From: an uncultured Gammaproteobacteria bacterium | GTDB taxonomy: Bacteria; Pseudomonadota; Gammaproteobacteria; UBA4575 | Length of the DNA stretch: 64,000 nt | Assembly: GCA_951812785.1 (NCBI GenBank) | Contig: OX638335.1 | Coordinates: 1,745,963 to 1,809,962 of the forward strand | Reading direction: 5' to 3' | Shown: piece after piece, positions 1-9,144 of the stretch | How positions within the stretch are numbered: the first letter of the stretch is position 1 | Layout of the letters: every line of letters begins with the position of its first letter | The notes under the pieces: generated by a model | Seen by the model: only the letters and a program-made list of their open reading frames with translations | What the model was told of the DNA's origin: nothing | Databases searched by the model: none | Translations under genes and position numbers: made by a program

Positions 1-528
1 CGCACTGTCACTACTGGTTGCGGACAAGGCACCATGTTTAGTTGCACGCTAGATAAGCTATACGATAACAAGCTGGCACAGATACAAGTCAAACAGTCCC
101 TGCTATATGAATTACTAAAATCGATTACTGGCTACAACGAAATATACAAACAAGCTGGCGCAGTACACGGCTGCGCATTATGTTTTGGGACTGAGATCTT
201 AAACTTTGTCGAAGATGTCGGCCGTCACAATGCTGCTGATACGATCTCGGGTAGCATGTGGCTAGACGACATTAGCGGTGAAGATAAGATTTTCTATACT
301 ACCGGCCGACTGACATCTGAGATTGTCATGAAAGCAGCGCACATGGGCATTCCTATTTTATTATCGCGGTCCGGTGTCACTCATATGGGATTAGAGCTTG
401 CCAGAGATTTAGGCGTCACCATGATTGCACGCGCCAAAGGCAAGGCATTTTTAGCGTATAACGGCAGCGAAAATATAATTTACAACAGCAAACCTGATAA
501 GCCGCTGCAGAGAAAAATGACTAGCTAA
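1..528 (+). CDS. fdhD: Formate dehydrogenase accessory sulfurtransferase FdhD (5' truncated by window edge)
   Basis: Frame is open from base 1 (RTVTTGCGQG). Motifs GAVHGCAL, EDVGRHNA and TTGRLTSE are typical of FdhD. Confidence 0.9.
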   Translation, partial: RTVTTGCGQGTMFSCTLDKLYDNKLAQIQVKQSLLYELLKSITGYNEIYKQAGAVHGCALCFGTEILNFVEDVGRHNAADTISGSMWLDDISGEDKIFYTTGRLTSEIVMKAAHMGIPILLSRSGVTHMGLELARDLGVTMIARAKGKAFLAYNGSENIIYNSKPDKPLQRKMTS

Positions 529-1105
529 GATCTTCCGCTAAAGATGCACGCATTGCGTCTGATATCGCGTCGACAGTCACAGAGTATTTCTCATGCTCAA
601 TGCCAGCAGCTATTGCAGAGCCCGCCTTGATCGCCGCCACCATATCGTCATTCAATTCAAAACGCATAAAATGAACTGATGATGTTTTGTCTTCAGTCTC
701 ACGCTCTAAGTCCTCATTACAGATAGGATAAACTTTATCAAAGCCATCAACCGCAACCCACACAGTTTTTTCTATGCCTATCAACTCACCTAAACGCCTG
801 CGACGAATTTCTTCGTCATCATATTCAAGCATAAACGTTGCTTTCCAGTTACTACCATCAGGAATCAATGGATTATAGGCATCAAGCTCTTCTTGTATGC
901 CTTGTGCTTCAAATACTTTTTCAGCACGCAGCATTTCTTGCACTTGATAATGCATTAAAGTGCGATCCTCAAAATGCACAGTTGCATGTTCGCCCAGACG
1001 TAATACACGATTTTTTTTGTGTTCGATCATTTTTGCACGAAACTCTGCGCGCATAGCCGAATATTCTTCTAACGAATAAAGATCTTCTTTAGTTAACTTT
1101 TGCAT
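521..1105 (-). CDS. DUF3501 family protein
   Basis: YQVQEMLRAE, YNPLIPDG and KTSSVHF motifs; third gene of the rubrerythrin/Fe-S oxidoreductase/DUF3501 cluster. Confidence 0.88.
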   Translation of the reverse strand: MQKLTKEDLYSLEEYSAMRAEFRAKMIEHKKNRVLRLGEHATVHFEDRTLMHYQVQEMLRAEKVFEAQGIQEELDAYNPLIPDGSNWKATFMLEYDDEEIRRRRLGELIGIEKTVWVAVDGFDKVYPICNEDLERETEDKTSSVHFMRFELNDDMVAAIKAGSAIAAGIEHEKYSVTVDAISDAMRASLAEDLS

Positions 1106-1128
1106 GATTAATTCTTCTTTCTATTATC

Positions 1129-2454
1129 TTATAGCCCGTAAGCAATTCTTAGCAACATCATTGGGTGTGTTGCATTCGAATCATCTTTCATTCCACTGGA
1201 AATTTGATGCCCAGCCATCGGACAATCGCTACTGTAGTAATTCGCTTCTGCTTTTTGAAGTTTACTCACAACGGGACGACAAATTTTCTTAGCGATGTCA
1301 TGAAACTCTTCTTTCACTGCATAAGTCCCATCATGGCCCGAGCAACGCTCTAACACTTGCAACTCGGTATCCGGAATAAGATTAAGTACATCACGTGTTT
1401 TCAACCCAATTTTTTGTACTCGCAAGTGGCAAGACGCATGATAGAAAACCTTGCCTAATGAATTATTGAAATCAACCTTTAATTGCTCTTCTTTATGCTT
1501 CTGATACAAATATTCAAACGGATCAAAGATATGCTCTTTAACTCTCTGCACGCCTTCATCATCAGGGAACATAAGCGGTAACTCTTGCTTAAACATCAGC
1601 ACGCATGACGGCACTGGCGCCACAATATCCCAGCCTGCATCAATCCATTTGAGCATAGTGGAAATGTTAGCGTCTTTTAATTTAGCCACTGCTTGCAAAT
1701 CACCCAATTCAAGTTTAGGCATGCCGCAACAATGCTCTTTTTCCATAATGGAAATCGAAATTTTATTGTGCTCAAACACCTTAACTAAATCGTTAGCAAT
1801 TTCAGGCTCATTAAAATTGTTATAACAAGTGACAAATAATGCAACTTTACTTTCCGCCTGCGTTTCTACAGGCAGCGCTTGTTTAGATAATATTTTTCTT
1901 GCGGTTTTAGAGTGATATTTAGGTATGTTTGCATCCGCATGAACACCTAACGTTTTCTCCAATGCTTGTCGACCGATTGATGTTGAGTTCGCCGAGTTAA
2001 CCACTTGAGAAATGACAGGAATACCCGCCAGCTTTCCAACGGTATCAGTTGCACTTAATATTTTATCTCGCTTTTTAACATCACCCTTGTGGAATTTGAT
2101 CGCTTTAGCACGTAGCATAAGATGCGGAAAATCCACATTCCATTCATGAGGGGGAACATAAGGACATTTAGTCAAGTAACACAGGTCACACAAATAACAA
2201 TGATCAACCACCCTAGTGTAATCTTTTTTATCCACACCATCCACTTCCATGGTGTCAGACTCATCCACTAAATCGAATAAAGTAGGAAATGAATTACACA
2301 AACTCACACAACGACGACAACCGTGACAAATATCAAACACTCGCTCTAATTCAGCATTGAGCAACTGTTCGTTATAAAAATCAGGATTGTTCCAATCGAT
2401 TGGGTGTCTAGTCGGTGCTTCTAAGCTACCTTCACGCGTTCCAGATGTTGCCAC
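1129..2454 (-). CDS. Rubrerythrin-associated Fe-S oxidoreductase (GlpC/HdrD-like, CCG domains)
   Basis: Fe-S motifs CHGCRRCVSLC and CYLCDLCYLTKCP plus CCGMP and CSGHDG motifs; GTG start with AAGGA upstream. Confidence 0.9.
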   Translation of the reverse strand: MATSGTREGSLEAPTRHPIDWNNPDFYNEQLLNAELERVFDICHGCRRCVSLCNSFPTLFDLVDESDTMEVDGVDKKDYTRVVDHCYLCDLCYLTKCPYVPPHEWNVDFPHLMLRAKAIKFHKGDVKKRDKILSATDTVGKLAGIPVISQVVNSANSTSIGRQALEKTLGVHADANIPKYHSKTARKILSKQALPVETQAESKVALFVTCYNNFNEPEIANDLVKVFEHNKISISIMEKEHCCGMPKLELGDLQAVAKLKDANISTMLKWIDAGWDIVAPVPSCVLMFKQELPLMFPDDEGVQRVKEHIFDPFEYLYQKHKEEQLKVDFNNSLGKVFYHASCHLRVQKIGLKTRDVLNLIPDTELQVLERCSGHDGTYAVKEEFHDIAKKICRPVVSKLQKAEANYYSSDCPMAGHQISSGMKDDSNATHPMMLLRIAYGL

Positions 2455-2488
2455 GTGTGTGTCCTTTTAATATCTAAAAAAATATTAA

Positions 2489-2518
2489 GTTGCACACCAA
2501 GCACGCTTGGTGTGCAAC
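2489..2518 (-). terminator. Perfect 14-bp stem-loop between rubrerythrin and the Fe-S oxidoreductase gene (partial terminator or mRNA stabiliser)
   Basis: GTTGCACACCAAGC-ac-GCTTGGTGTGCAAC, followed on the minus strand by TTAATATTTTTTT. Confidence 0.6.
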
Positions 2519-2527
2519 CGTAATAAC

Positions 2528-2947
2528 TTAACCGTCTAAGTTATCAAGCGCTTTTTGGAAACGATTAGCATGCGAACGCTCAGCTTTAGCTAGCGTCTCA
2601 AACCAATCAGCAATTTCTTCAAAGTTTTCATCACGAGCAGATTTCGCCATCCCTGGATACATATCTGTGTACTCGTGGGTCTCACCTGCAATGGCAGTTT
2701 TAAGATTGTCGCCAGTGCCACCAAATGGAAGACCTGTTGCTGGATCACCACACTCTTCTAGATATTCTAAGTGTCCGTGTGCATGACCTGTCTCGCCTTC
2801 TGCAGTTGATCTGAATACAGTGGCAACATCGTTGTAACCTTCCACATCAGCTTTTGCTGCAAAATATAGATAGCGACGATTTGCTTGTGACTCACCAGCA
2901 AACGCAGCCTTTAAATTTTCTTCAGTCTTGGTACCTTTAAGAGACAT
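2528..2947 (-). CDS. rbr: Rubrerythrin (short, lacks the rubredoxin domain)
   Basis: [22 protein letters not shown] and AKAERSHA di-iron motifs; GGAGG ribosome-binding site. Confidence 0.95.
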   Translation of the reverse strand: MSLKGTKTEENLKAAFAGESQANRRYLYFAAKADVEGYNDVATVFRSTAEGETGHAHGHLEYLEECGDPATGLPFGGTGDNLKTAIAGETHEYTDMYPGMAKSARDENFEEIADWFETLAKAERSHANRFQKALDNLDG

Positions 2948-2997
2948 TCGGATGACCTCCAGTTAATATATATTAAGTTAAATGAGAAACATTCTGA

Positions 2998-3041
2998 TTT
3001 AGAATGATTCTAAAAACGGCGCAAGATTAGAATAAGTCTAA
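2998..3041. promoter_or_regulatory. Tandem Fur-family (Irr/ICE- or PerR-like) operators upstream of rubrerythrin
   Basis: Perfect palindrome TTTAGAAT-G-ATTCTAAA (2998-3014) and a one-mismatch copy TTAGAAT-A-AGTCTAA (3027-3041). Confidence 0.75.
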
Positions 3042-3119
3042 ATATTTGTCAACATCGATTGCGTCATTGCACTACATATTGAACAATACACCTAATAACA
3101 TCAAATTCTGGAGAATCTT

Positions 3120-3383
3120 GTGCCTCGTAAAAAAGCGGCCCCAAAAATTGACTTTGAAAAATCATTAGCAAAACTTGAGGAAGTGGTAGAGAAGCTCGAG
3201 TCTGGCGATCAACCGCTTGAAGATGCGCTAAAATTATTTGAAGAAGGCATCTCATTAACACGTGGATGCCAACATGCCCTCAAGCAAGCAGAAGAAAAAA
3301 TCACCATTCTCAGCCAACAGAATGAAGAATGGCTAACCGAATCAGAGGAATCAGTAGGAGATTTTCTTGACAGATCTGACTGA
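3120..3383 (+). CDS. xseB: Exodeoxyribonuclease VII small subunit
   Basis: FEKSLAKLEEVVEKLESGDQPLEDALKLFEEG; xseB-ispA-dxs synteny. Confidence 0.95.
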   Translation: MPRKKAAPKIDFEKSLAKLEEVVEKLESGDQPLEDALKLFEEGISLTRGCQHALKQAEEKITILSQQNEEWLTESEESVGDFLDRSD

Positions 3384-4260
3384 GTACTTAGCCACATGTA
3401 GCCAACGTGTAGAATCATTTCTCGATAAAAATCTCCCAACTAAAAATCAGGCACCTACCACCTTACACGACGCTATTCGCTATTCAGCAATGAATGGCGG
3501 CAAACGAATTAGACCAGCATTGGTGTATGCAACAGGTGAGGCATTAGGTCTTAAGTCATCTGACATAGACTGCATCGCTGGCTCCATTGAGCTCATGCAT
3601 AGCTATTCGCTGATTCATGACGACTTACCTGCGATGGACGATGATGATCTAAGACGCGGCAAGCCAACATGTCACCGAGCTTATGATGAAGCCACTGCTA
3701 TTCTGGCTGGCGACGCCATGCAGGCACTAGCCTTCTCAGTATTAACAGACATCGCTGATCCCGGCCCTGAAGCGGCAATACGCGCACAACTGACTAATCA
3801 ACTGGCACATGCAGTAGGCTCGCTAGGCGTGGCCGGTGGTCAAGCAATGGATTTAATCGCTGTCGATAAAAACATTTCTATTGAAACACTTGAATATATA
3901 CATCGGCAAAAAACAGGTTGCTTGATCCGCGCCTGCATCGATATGACTCAAACTTGTTGTACTACACTCAGCCAACAACAGCGCTCAAGTCTGTTACAGT
4001 TCGGGGAACATCTTGGTATCGCCTTTCAGATTCGCGACGATATTTTAGATGTCATCAGCGACACTGACACATTGGGTAAGCCTCAAGGCTCTGATAGCGA
4101 TCAGAACAAACCTACTTACGTGAGTATTTTGGGCCTCAAAGAATCAGAAAAACGCTGTGATGATTTTTACCAACAAGCATTAGATTGTCTCGATGAATTT
4201 AACCATTCATCTAAATGGCTACGCATGCTGGCAGAACACATTGTTTGCCGACAGCATTAA
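3367..4260 (+). CDS. ispA: Farnesyl diphosphate synthase
   Basis: GGKRIRP, DDLPAMDDDDLRRG and FQIRDDILD motifs. Confidence 0.95.
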   Translation: MTDLTEYLATCSQRVESFLDKNLPTKNQAPTTLHDAIRYSAMNGGKRIRPALVYATGEALGLKSSDIDCIAGSIELMHSYSLIHDDLPAMDDDDLRRGKPTCHRAYDEATAILAGDAMQALAFSVLTDIADPGPEAAIRAQLTNQLAHAVGSLGVAGGQAMDLIAVDKNISIETLEYIHRQKTGCLIRACIDMTQTCCTTLSQQQRSSLLQFGEHLGIAFQIRDDILDVISDTDTLGKPQGSDSDQNKPTYVSILGLKESEKRCDDFYQQALDCLDEFNHSSKWLRMLAEHIVCRQH

Positions 4261-4286
4261 TATTAGCACTATCAATAAACATTAGA

Positions 4287-6188
4287 ATGGAAACCAACGA
4301 ATATCCAACTCTTAATAAAGTCGAGCTGCCTAAGGATCTAAGAAACTTACCCATCACTCAAGTTCCGAGCATATGTGACGAGTTAAGAAAATATTTACTT
4401 GCTTCTGTATCCAAAAGCGGTGGCCATTTTGCAGCAGGGTTGGGTGTTATCGAACTTACCGTTGCGTTGCATTATGTCTACAACACTCCGCAAGACAAAT
4501 TGCTTTGGGATGTAGGCCATCAAAGTTACCCACATAAAATTCTTACCGGGCGAAAACATCAAATTGAATCCATTCGCACGCGTGGTGGCCTAGGCCCATT
4601 CCCCTGTCCAGAAGAAAGTGAATATGATTGTTTTGCGGTTGGTCATTCCAGCACATCCATTGGTGCAGCCCTGGGCATGAATTTATCTTTTCAGCTAGAC
4701 AATCGCACACAACAAGCTGTACCCATTATTGGTGACGGTGGACTCACAGCAGGCATGGCCTATGAAGCACTCAATCATCTTGGTGATATGCGTGCCAACA
4801 TGTTAATCATTCTTAACGATAACGAAATGTCTATTTCACCGAATGTCGGTGCAATGACTAATTACTTAACTCGCATGCTATCAGGCCGGGTTTTCTCTAC
4901 TGTGCGTGAGGGGAGTAAACGCTTGCTAAAACCAATGCCTCCCATGTGGGAATTAGCACGCCGTACCGAAGAACACGTGAAGGGCATGTTTGCTCCAGGC
5001 ACTTTGTTTGAAGAGATGGGCATTCGATATTTCGGCCCTGTTGATGGACATGACTCTGTTTCTCTAATTAAAACACTGCGCAACATCAAACAGATTAAAG
5101 GGCCGAAAATACTTCACGTCATCACTAAAAAAGGCAAGGGCTACTCTCCTGCCGAACAAGATCCGGTTGGCTACCATGCAGTACCAACGTTTGATCTTAA
5201 TTTTGGCGTAGAAAAAAAATCTAGCACCAGTACCAAACAAACGTATACACAAGTATTTAGTGATTGGATTTGTGACGTGGCGAAAAAAGATTCTCGTTTA
5301 ATCGCCATCACCCCTGCCATGCGAGAAGGTTCTGGTCTAGTCCGCTTCCAAAAAGCATTCCCTGATCGCTATTATGACGTGGCTATTGCAGAACAACACG
5401 CAGTCACCGTTGGCGCAGGTTTAGCGATAGCAGGCCACAAGCCTGTCGTCGCCATTTACTCAACGTTTTTACAACGCGCTTATGATCAATTGATTCATGA
5501 TGTCGCAGTACAAAACTTACCGGTTGTATTTGCAATTGACCGTGCTGGTGTTGTTGGCCCAGACGGCAAGACACATGCTGGAAGTTATGACTTAAGCTTT
5601 TTACGTTGCATCCCCAACATGACCATTATGGCCCCTGCGAATGAATCTGAAACCCGACAAATGCTACAAACCGGGTTTGAAATTGATGGGCCAAGTGCGA
5701 TTCGTTATCCGCGCGGCACTGGGCCAGGTAGTACCGTACAAAATAACTTTGAGATTTTAGAGCTTGGCCGTGCAGACGAAGTACGCGAGGGAGAAAATAT
5801 CGCTATATTATCTTTTGGCTGCACTTTAACGAATGCTTTAGAAACGGCCAACCAAATTAATGCCACTGTAATTAACATGCGTTTCATTAAACCTATCGAT
5901 GAAAAAATGATTTCTCGCATAGCGACGACGCATTCATTAGTGGTCACAATTGAAGACAATGTGGTGATGGGTGGCGCAGGTAGTGCAGTTAATGAAGTTA
6001 TCGCAGCCCAACAAATCGCAGTGAGATTGTTAAATTTAGGTCTCCCTGATCAATTCCAAGAACACGGATCACGCGAAGAATTGCTCGCCGATGCCGGCCT
6101 GGACAGCAAATCGATTGCTAGCAAAATCAACGAAATATATCCGCTGAGGGATTGCGCAGCTAAAAGTGCTCACGTAGTATCTGGCTAA
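4287..6188 (+). CDS. dxs: 1-deoxy-D-xylulose-5-phosphate synthase
   Basis: WDVGHQSYPHK, GDGG...NDN TPP-binding motif and IAEQHAV. Start moved to ATG 4287 to avoid overlap with ispA. Confidence 0.97.
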   Translation: METNEYPTLNKVELPKDLRNLPITQVPSICDELRKYLLASVSKSGGHFAAGLGVIELTVALHYVYNTPQDKLLWDVGHQSYPHKILTGRKHQIESIRTRGGLGPFPCPEESEYDCFAVGHSSTSIGAALGMNLSFQLDNRTQQAVPIIGDGGLTAGMAYEALNHLGDMRANMLIILNDNEMSISPNVGAMTNYLTRMLSGRVFSTVREGSKRLLKPMPPMWELARRTEEHVKGMFAPGTLFEEMGIRYFGPVDGHDSVSLIKTLRNIKQIKGPKILHVITKKGKGYSPAEQDPVGYHAVPTFDLNFGVEKKSSTSTKQTYTQVFSDWICDVAKKDSRLIAITPAMREGSGLVRFQKAFPDRYYDVAIAEQHAVTVGAGLAIAGHKPVVAIYSTFLQRAYDQLIHDVAVQNLPVVFAIDRAGVVGPDGKTHAGSYDLSFLRCIPNMTIMAPANESETRQMLQTGFEIDGPSAIRYPRGTGPGSTVQNNFEILELGRADEVREGENIAILSFGCTLTNALETANQINATVINMRFIKPIDEKMISRIATTHSLVVTIEDNVVMGGAGSAVNEVIAAQQIAVRLLNLGLPDQFQEHGSREELLADAGLDSKSIASKINEIYPLRDCAAKSAHVVSG

Positions 6189-6239
6189 CTACCAAATAAA
6201 ACCCTATAAATACTATAGATTAATCAAGAGGTTAGAAAC

Positions 6240-7049
6240 ATGAGCGCTAGCGCTGGAGATGTTGTAACAACGATTCCTGATACACAAAACAAAGCAGACA
6301 CGCGCCAGATACCGATTGATAAAGTCGGAATTAAGGGGATCAAACACCCAGTACGTGTACTTGATCGTTCAGGTGGTGAACAAAATACTATCGCTGAATT
6401 TAATATGTATGTGAATTTACCACATAACTTCAAAGGCACTCACATGTCTCGTTTTGTGGAAATTCTTAATGAATATGAGCGGGAAATTTCAGTCAAATCA
6501 TTTAACGATATGCTAGAAAAAATGGCTGATCGCCTAGAAGCAGATTCTGGTCATATTGAAATGTCATTCCCTTACTTTATTAAAAAAACAGCACCCATTA
6601 GCGGTGTAGAAAGTTTGCTTGATTACCAAGTATGTTTTCGCGGTGAAATTAATGACAAAACAGCACGCACAGACGTTGTTGTGCTTGTCCCTGTTACTAG
6701 CTTATGTCCATGTTCTAAAAGTATCTCTGACTATGGCGCGCACAATCAACGCTCGCACATAACGATTTCTGTACGCATCAAAGACTTTGTATGGATAGAA
6801 GAATTAATTGAAATGGTTGAAAAACAGGCATCTTGCGAACTTTATGGATTACTTAAACGTCCAGATGAAAAATTTGTCACTGAACGTGCTTATGACAACC
6901 CTAAATTTGTTGAAGATTTAGTTCGCGATATTGCGACACAGTTGAATAACGATGATCGTATTGATGCATACACAGTAGAATCAGAAAATTTTGAGTCTAT
7001 CCATAACCACTCTGCATACGCTTACATTGAAAAAGACAAACGCGCTTAA
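6240..7049 (+). CDS. folE2: GTP cyclohydrolase I type B (FolE2)
   Basis: [21 protein letters not shown] and ESIHNH motifs. Confidence 0.95.
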   Translation: MSASAGDVVTTIPDTQNKADTRQIPIDKVGIKGIKHPVRVLDRSGGEQNTIAEFNMYVNLPHNFKGTHMSRFVEILNEYEREISVKSFNDMLEKMADRLEADSGHIEMSFPYFIKKTAPISGVESLLDYQVCFRGEINDKTARTDVVVLVPVTSLCPCSKSISDYGAHNQRSHITISVRIKDFVWIEELIEMVEKQASCELYGLLKRPDEKFVTERAYDNPKFVEDLVRDIATQLNNDDRIDAYTVESENFESIHNHSAYAYIEKDKRA

Positions 7050-7062
7050 TGCGCGTTTTTTT
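7038..7062 (+). terminator. Intrinsic terminator of folE2
   Basis: AAACGCGC-ttaat-GCGCGTTT followed by a T-run; the folE2 stop codon lies in the loop. Confidence 0.7.
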
Positions 7063-7064
7063 GT

Positions 7065-8114
7065 TCAGCCAGTAGTACGAAATACTTGATATGCGTTAAG
7101 AATTTGATTCAAGATTAAACGAGCATCCTGCTCGGATACCACACGTCCTTCAGTATTATCAGCAAAATGTACAGTAATTAATGTCTGTGCATTTTGTGGC
7201 AACAAATGCACCTGATAACGTGAGCTTTGTAGCACCATGCCATCAGGCAGATCCAAGTTACTTGCGTCAACAAAGTAAACACCTTTAGTTCTACTTTGCT
7301 CAAAAATCTCTAATCCAGTTCTATCTAATGCAATACCTGTCCGACGCCATACTCGGCTATATTGGTCGCCAACAAATAGCACGGGTATACCATCAATATC
7401 TTTCAAATCAATATGCAAACGAGAACCCTGCGTATTGGCCACCTCAAATATAGCATCTTGGCGAGACTTGCCCATGTGTTCCATTAAGTTAACCATGACT
7501 TCAGCTTCTGTTTCTGGATCGCTTTTAGCGGTAGTCCAAACACCACCTTGTTCAGTAATCGCTTTTAACTCTGCTTTACGCTGACTGACAAAAATATTTG
7601 TCACTGCATTAGGCTCACGCTCCACACGAATACGAAACTTGCTTCGTGAGGCTGCAACTTCGCGACCATTAGTTAAACCACTATTACTATCATCGATTTG
7701 CTCAACCCAGTCTGTTTCCATAATCCCAGTTGAAGGCGTGTCTTTATTAAGCGCGATTCCTTGATTTGCCCAGAATGAGCGCAATAAAGGCCAGACATTA
7801 ACAGGATCTACTTCTGCCTCTAACCAACGCAAATCACCTTCACGTCGTAATGAAACATCAACAAATTCTGGGGCGACACTGGCATCTAGTGCTTTGCCAT
7901 ATGTTTCTAAAGCACTCACTCTGTCATTCGCTGTTTGAGGGATTTTTAAACTTTCATCCCATTCAGGCGTGACTAATTCTGGTGGCGCTTCTAACCCACC
8001 GATACTGCCGGCTTCACCATATTTAGTTCCTGCAAACTTGTTTACAATCGCACATGAGTGCAATACGGATAACACTAAAATTAGTACAATTAACTTAACT
8101 ATTTTTATATTCAT
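7065..8114 (-). CDS. bamC: Outer membrane protein assembly factor BamC (NlpB/DapX lipoprotein)
   Basis: Lipoprotein signal (LHSC), LEAPPEL, GIMETDW and WRRTGIALDR; directly downstream of dapA. Confidence 0.88.
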   Translation of the reverse strand: MNIKIVKLIVLILVLSVLHSCAIVNKFAGTKYGEAGSIGGLEAPPELVTPEWDESLKIPQTANDRVSALETYGKALDASVAPEFVDVSLRREGDLRWLEAEVDPVNVWPLLRSFWANQGIALNKDTPSTGIMETDWVEQIDDSNSGLTNGREVAASRSKFRIRVEREPNAVTNIFVSQRKAELKAITEQGGVWTTAKSDPETEAEVMVNLMEHMGKSRQDAIFEVANTQGSRLHIDLKDIDGIPVLFVGDQYSRVWRRTGIALDRTGLEIFEQSRTKGVYFVDASNLDLPDGMVLQSSRYQVHLLPQNAQTLITVHFADNTEGRVVSEQDARLILNQILNAYQVFRTTG

Positions 8115-8129
8115 GCTTTATATTTAATT

Positions 8130-9005
8130 TTAAAGACAGCCAGCTTTTTCCAACGCACTGCGCATCACATCGTGGTATTGCTTATCTAAGGGAGTCAGCG
8201 GCAAACGCAGTCCTGACGGAATTAATCCCATTTCATGTAAGGACCATTTTGTTGGGATAGGGTTCGATTCAATAAATAAATCACGGTGTAGACCTTCAAT
8301 TTTAGCATTTAATTCCTGTGCTTTTTCACGATCACCGGCTAAGGCTGCTTGACACATTTCATGCATTAATCGTGGCGCAACATTGGCAGTCACAGAAATC
8401 ACCCCTTGACCACCCGCGAGGATAGACTCCATTGCCTGGCAGTCTTCACCACTAACAATCATAAAATCAGGACCACACAGCTCCCTAATTTTAATACCTC
8501 GATCTAATTCACCCGAGGCCTCTTTAATACCAATAATATTTTTAATGTTAGCTAATCGCGCCACCGTTTCTGGCAACATATCGCATGCTGTACGACCTGG
8601 CACATTATATAAAATTTGTGGGATATCGACGTCTTCAGCCACTTTCTTGTAGTGCTGATACAAACCCTCTTGAGTAGGTTTATTATAGTACGGCGTTACT
8701 AACAAACAGGCATCGACACCAGCCTCTGCAGCACAACGTGTTAGTGAAATGGCTTCCCAAGTAGAATTTGCTCCCGTTCCACCAATAACAGGCACACGTC
8801 CTTTTACGCGATCAACCACTCGTTTGATCACTGCACAATGTTCATCGTGATCCAACGTAGCTGATTCGCCGGTAGTGCCAGCAGGAATAATCACGTCAGT
8901 TTCATTATCTAGATGAAAATCGACCAATTTATCTAACGACTGAAAATCAACTGAACCGTCTTCTTGCATTGGTGTGGCAATCGCAACCATGCTGCCTTTA
9001 AACAT
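8130..9005 (-). CDS. dapA: 4-hydroxy-tetrahydrodipicolinate synthase
   Basis: GTTGES, TPYYNKP, LYNVPGRT and GIKEASG motifs. Confidence 0.97.
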   Translation of the reverse strand: MFKGSMVAIATPMQEDGSVDFQSLDKLVDFHLDNETDVIIPAGTTGESATLDHDEHCAVIKRVVDRVKGRVPVIGGTGANSTWEAISLTRCAAEAGVDACLLVTPYYNKPTQEGLYQHYKKVAEDVDIPQILYNVPGRTACDMLPETVARLANIKNIIGIKEASGELDRGIKIRELCGPDFMIVSGEDCQAMESILAGGQGVISVTANVAPRLMHEMCQAALAGDREKAQELNAKIEGLHRDLFIESNPIPTKWSLHEMGLIPSGLRLPLTPLDKQYHDVMRSALEKAGCL

Positions 9006-9144
9006 TCATCTCTCCGTGCACTTTAAGATAGCTGGGAATAGTAATCGGCCATTTACGCCTTTACAAGCGTATCTTGCCCCCAGCACGACTCTGAAGCAGA
9101 TGACTTAAGCATTTATATGCTAATAATATTTCTACACCAGATAA

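Noticed and set aside
4215-4286. N-terminal extensions in the ORF track for dxs (and likewise nadE, LysR, DUF4124, the solute-binding protein and dsrP)
   Set aside because: Longest-ORF artefacts; downstream starts have better RBS and match family N-termini.
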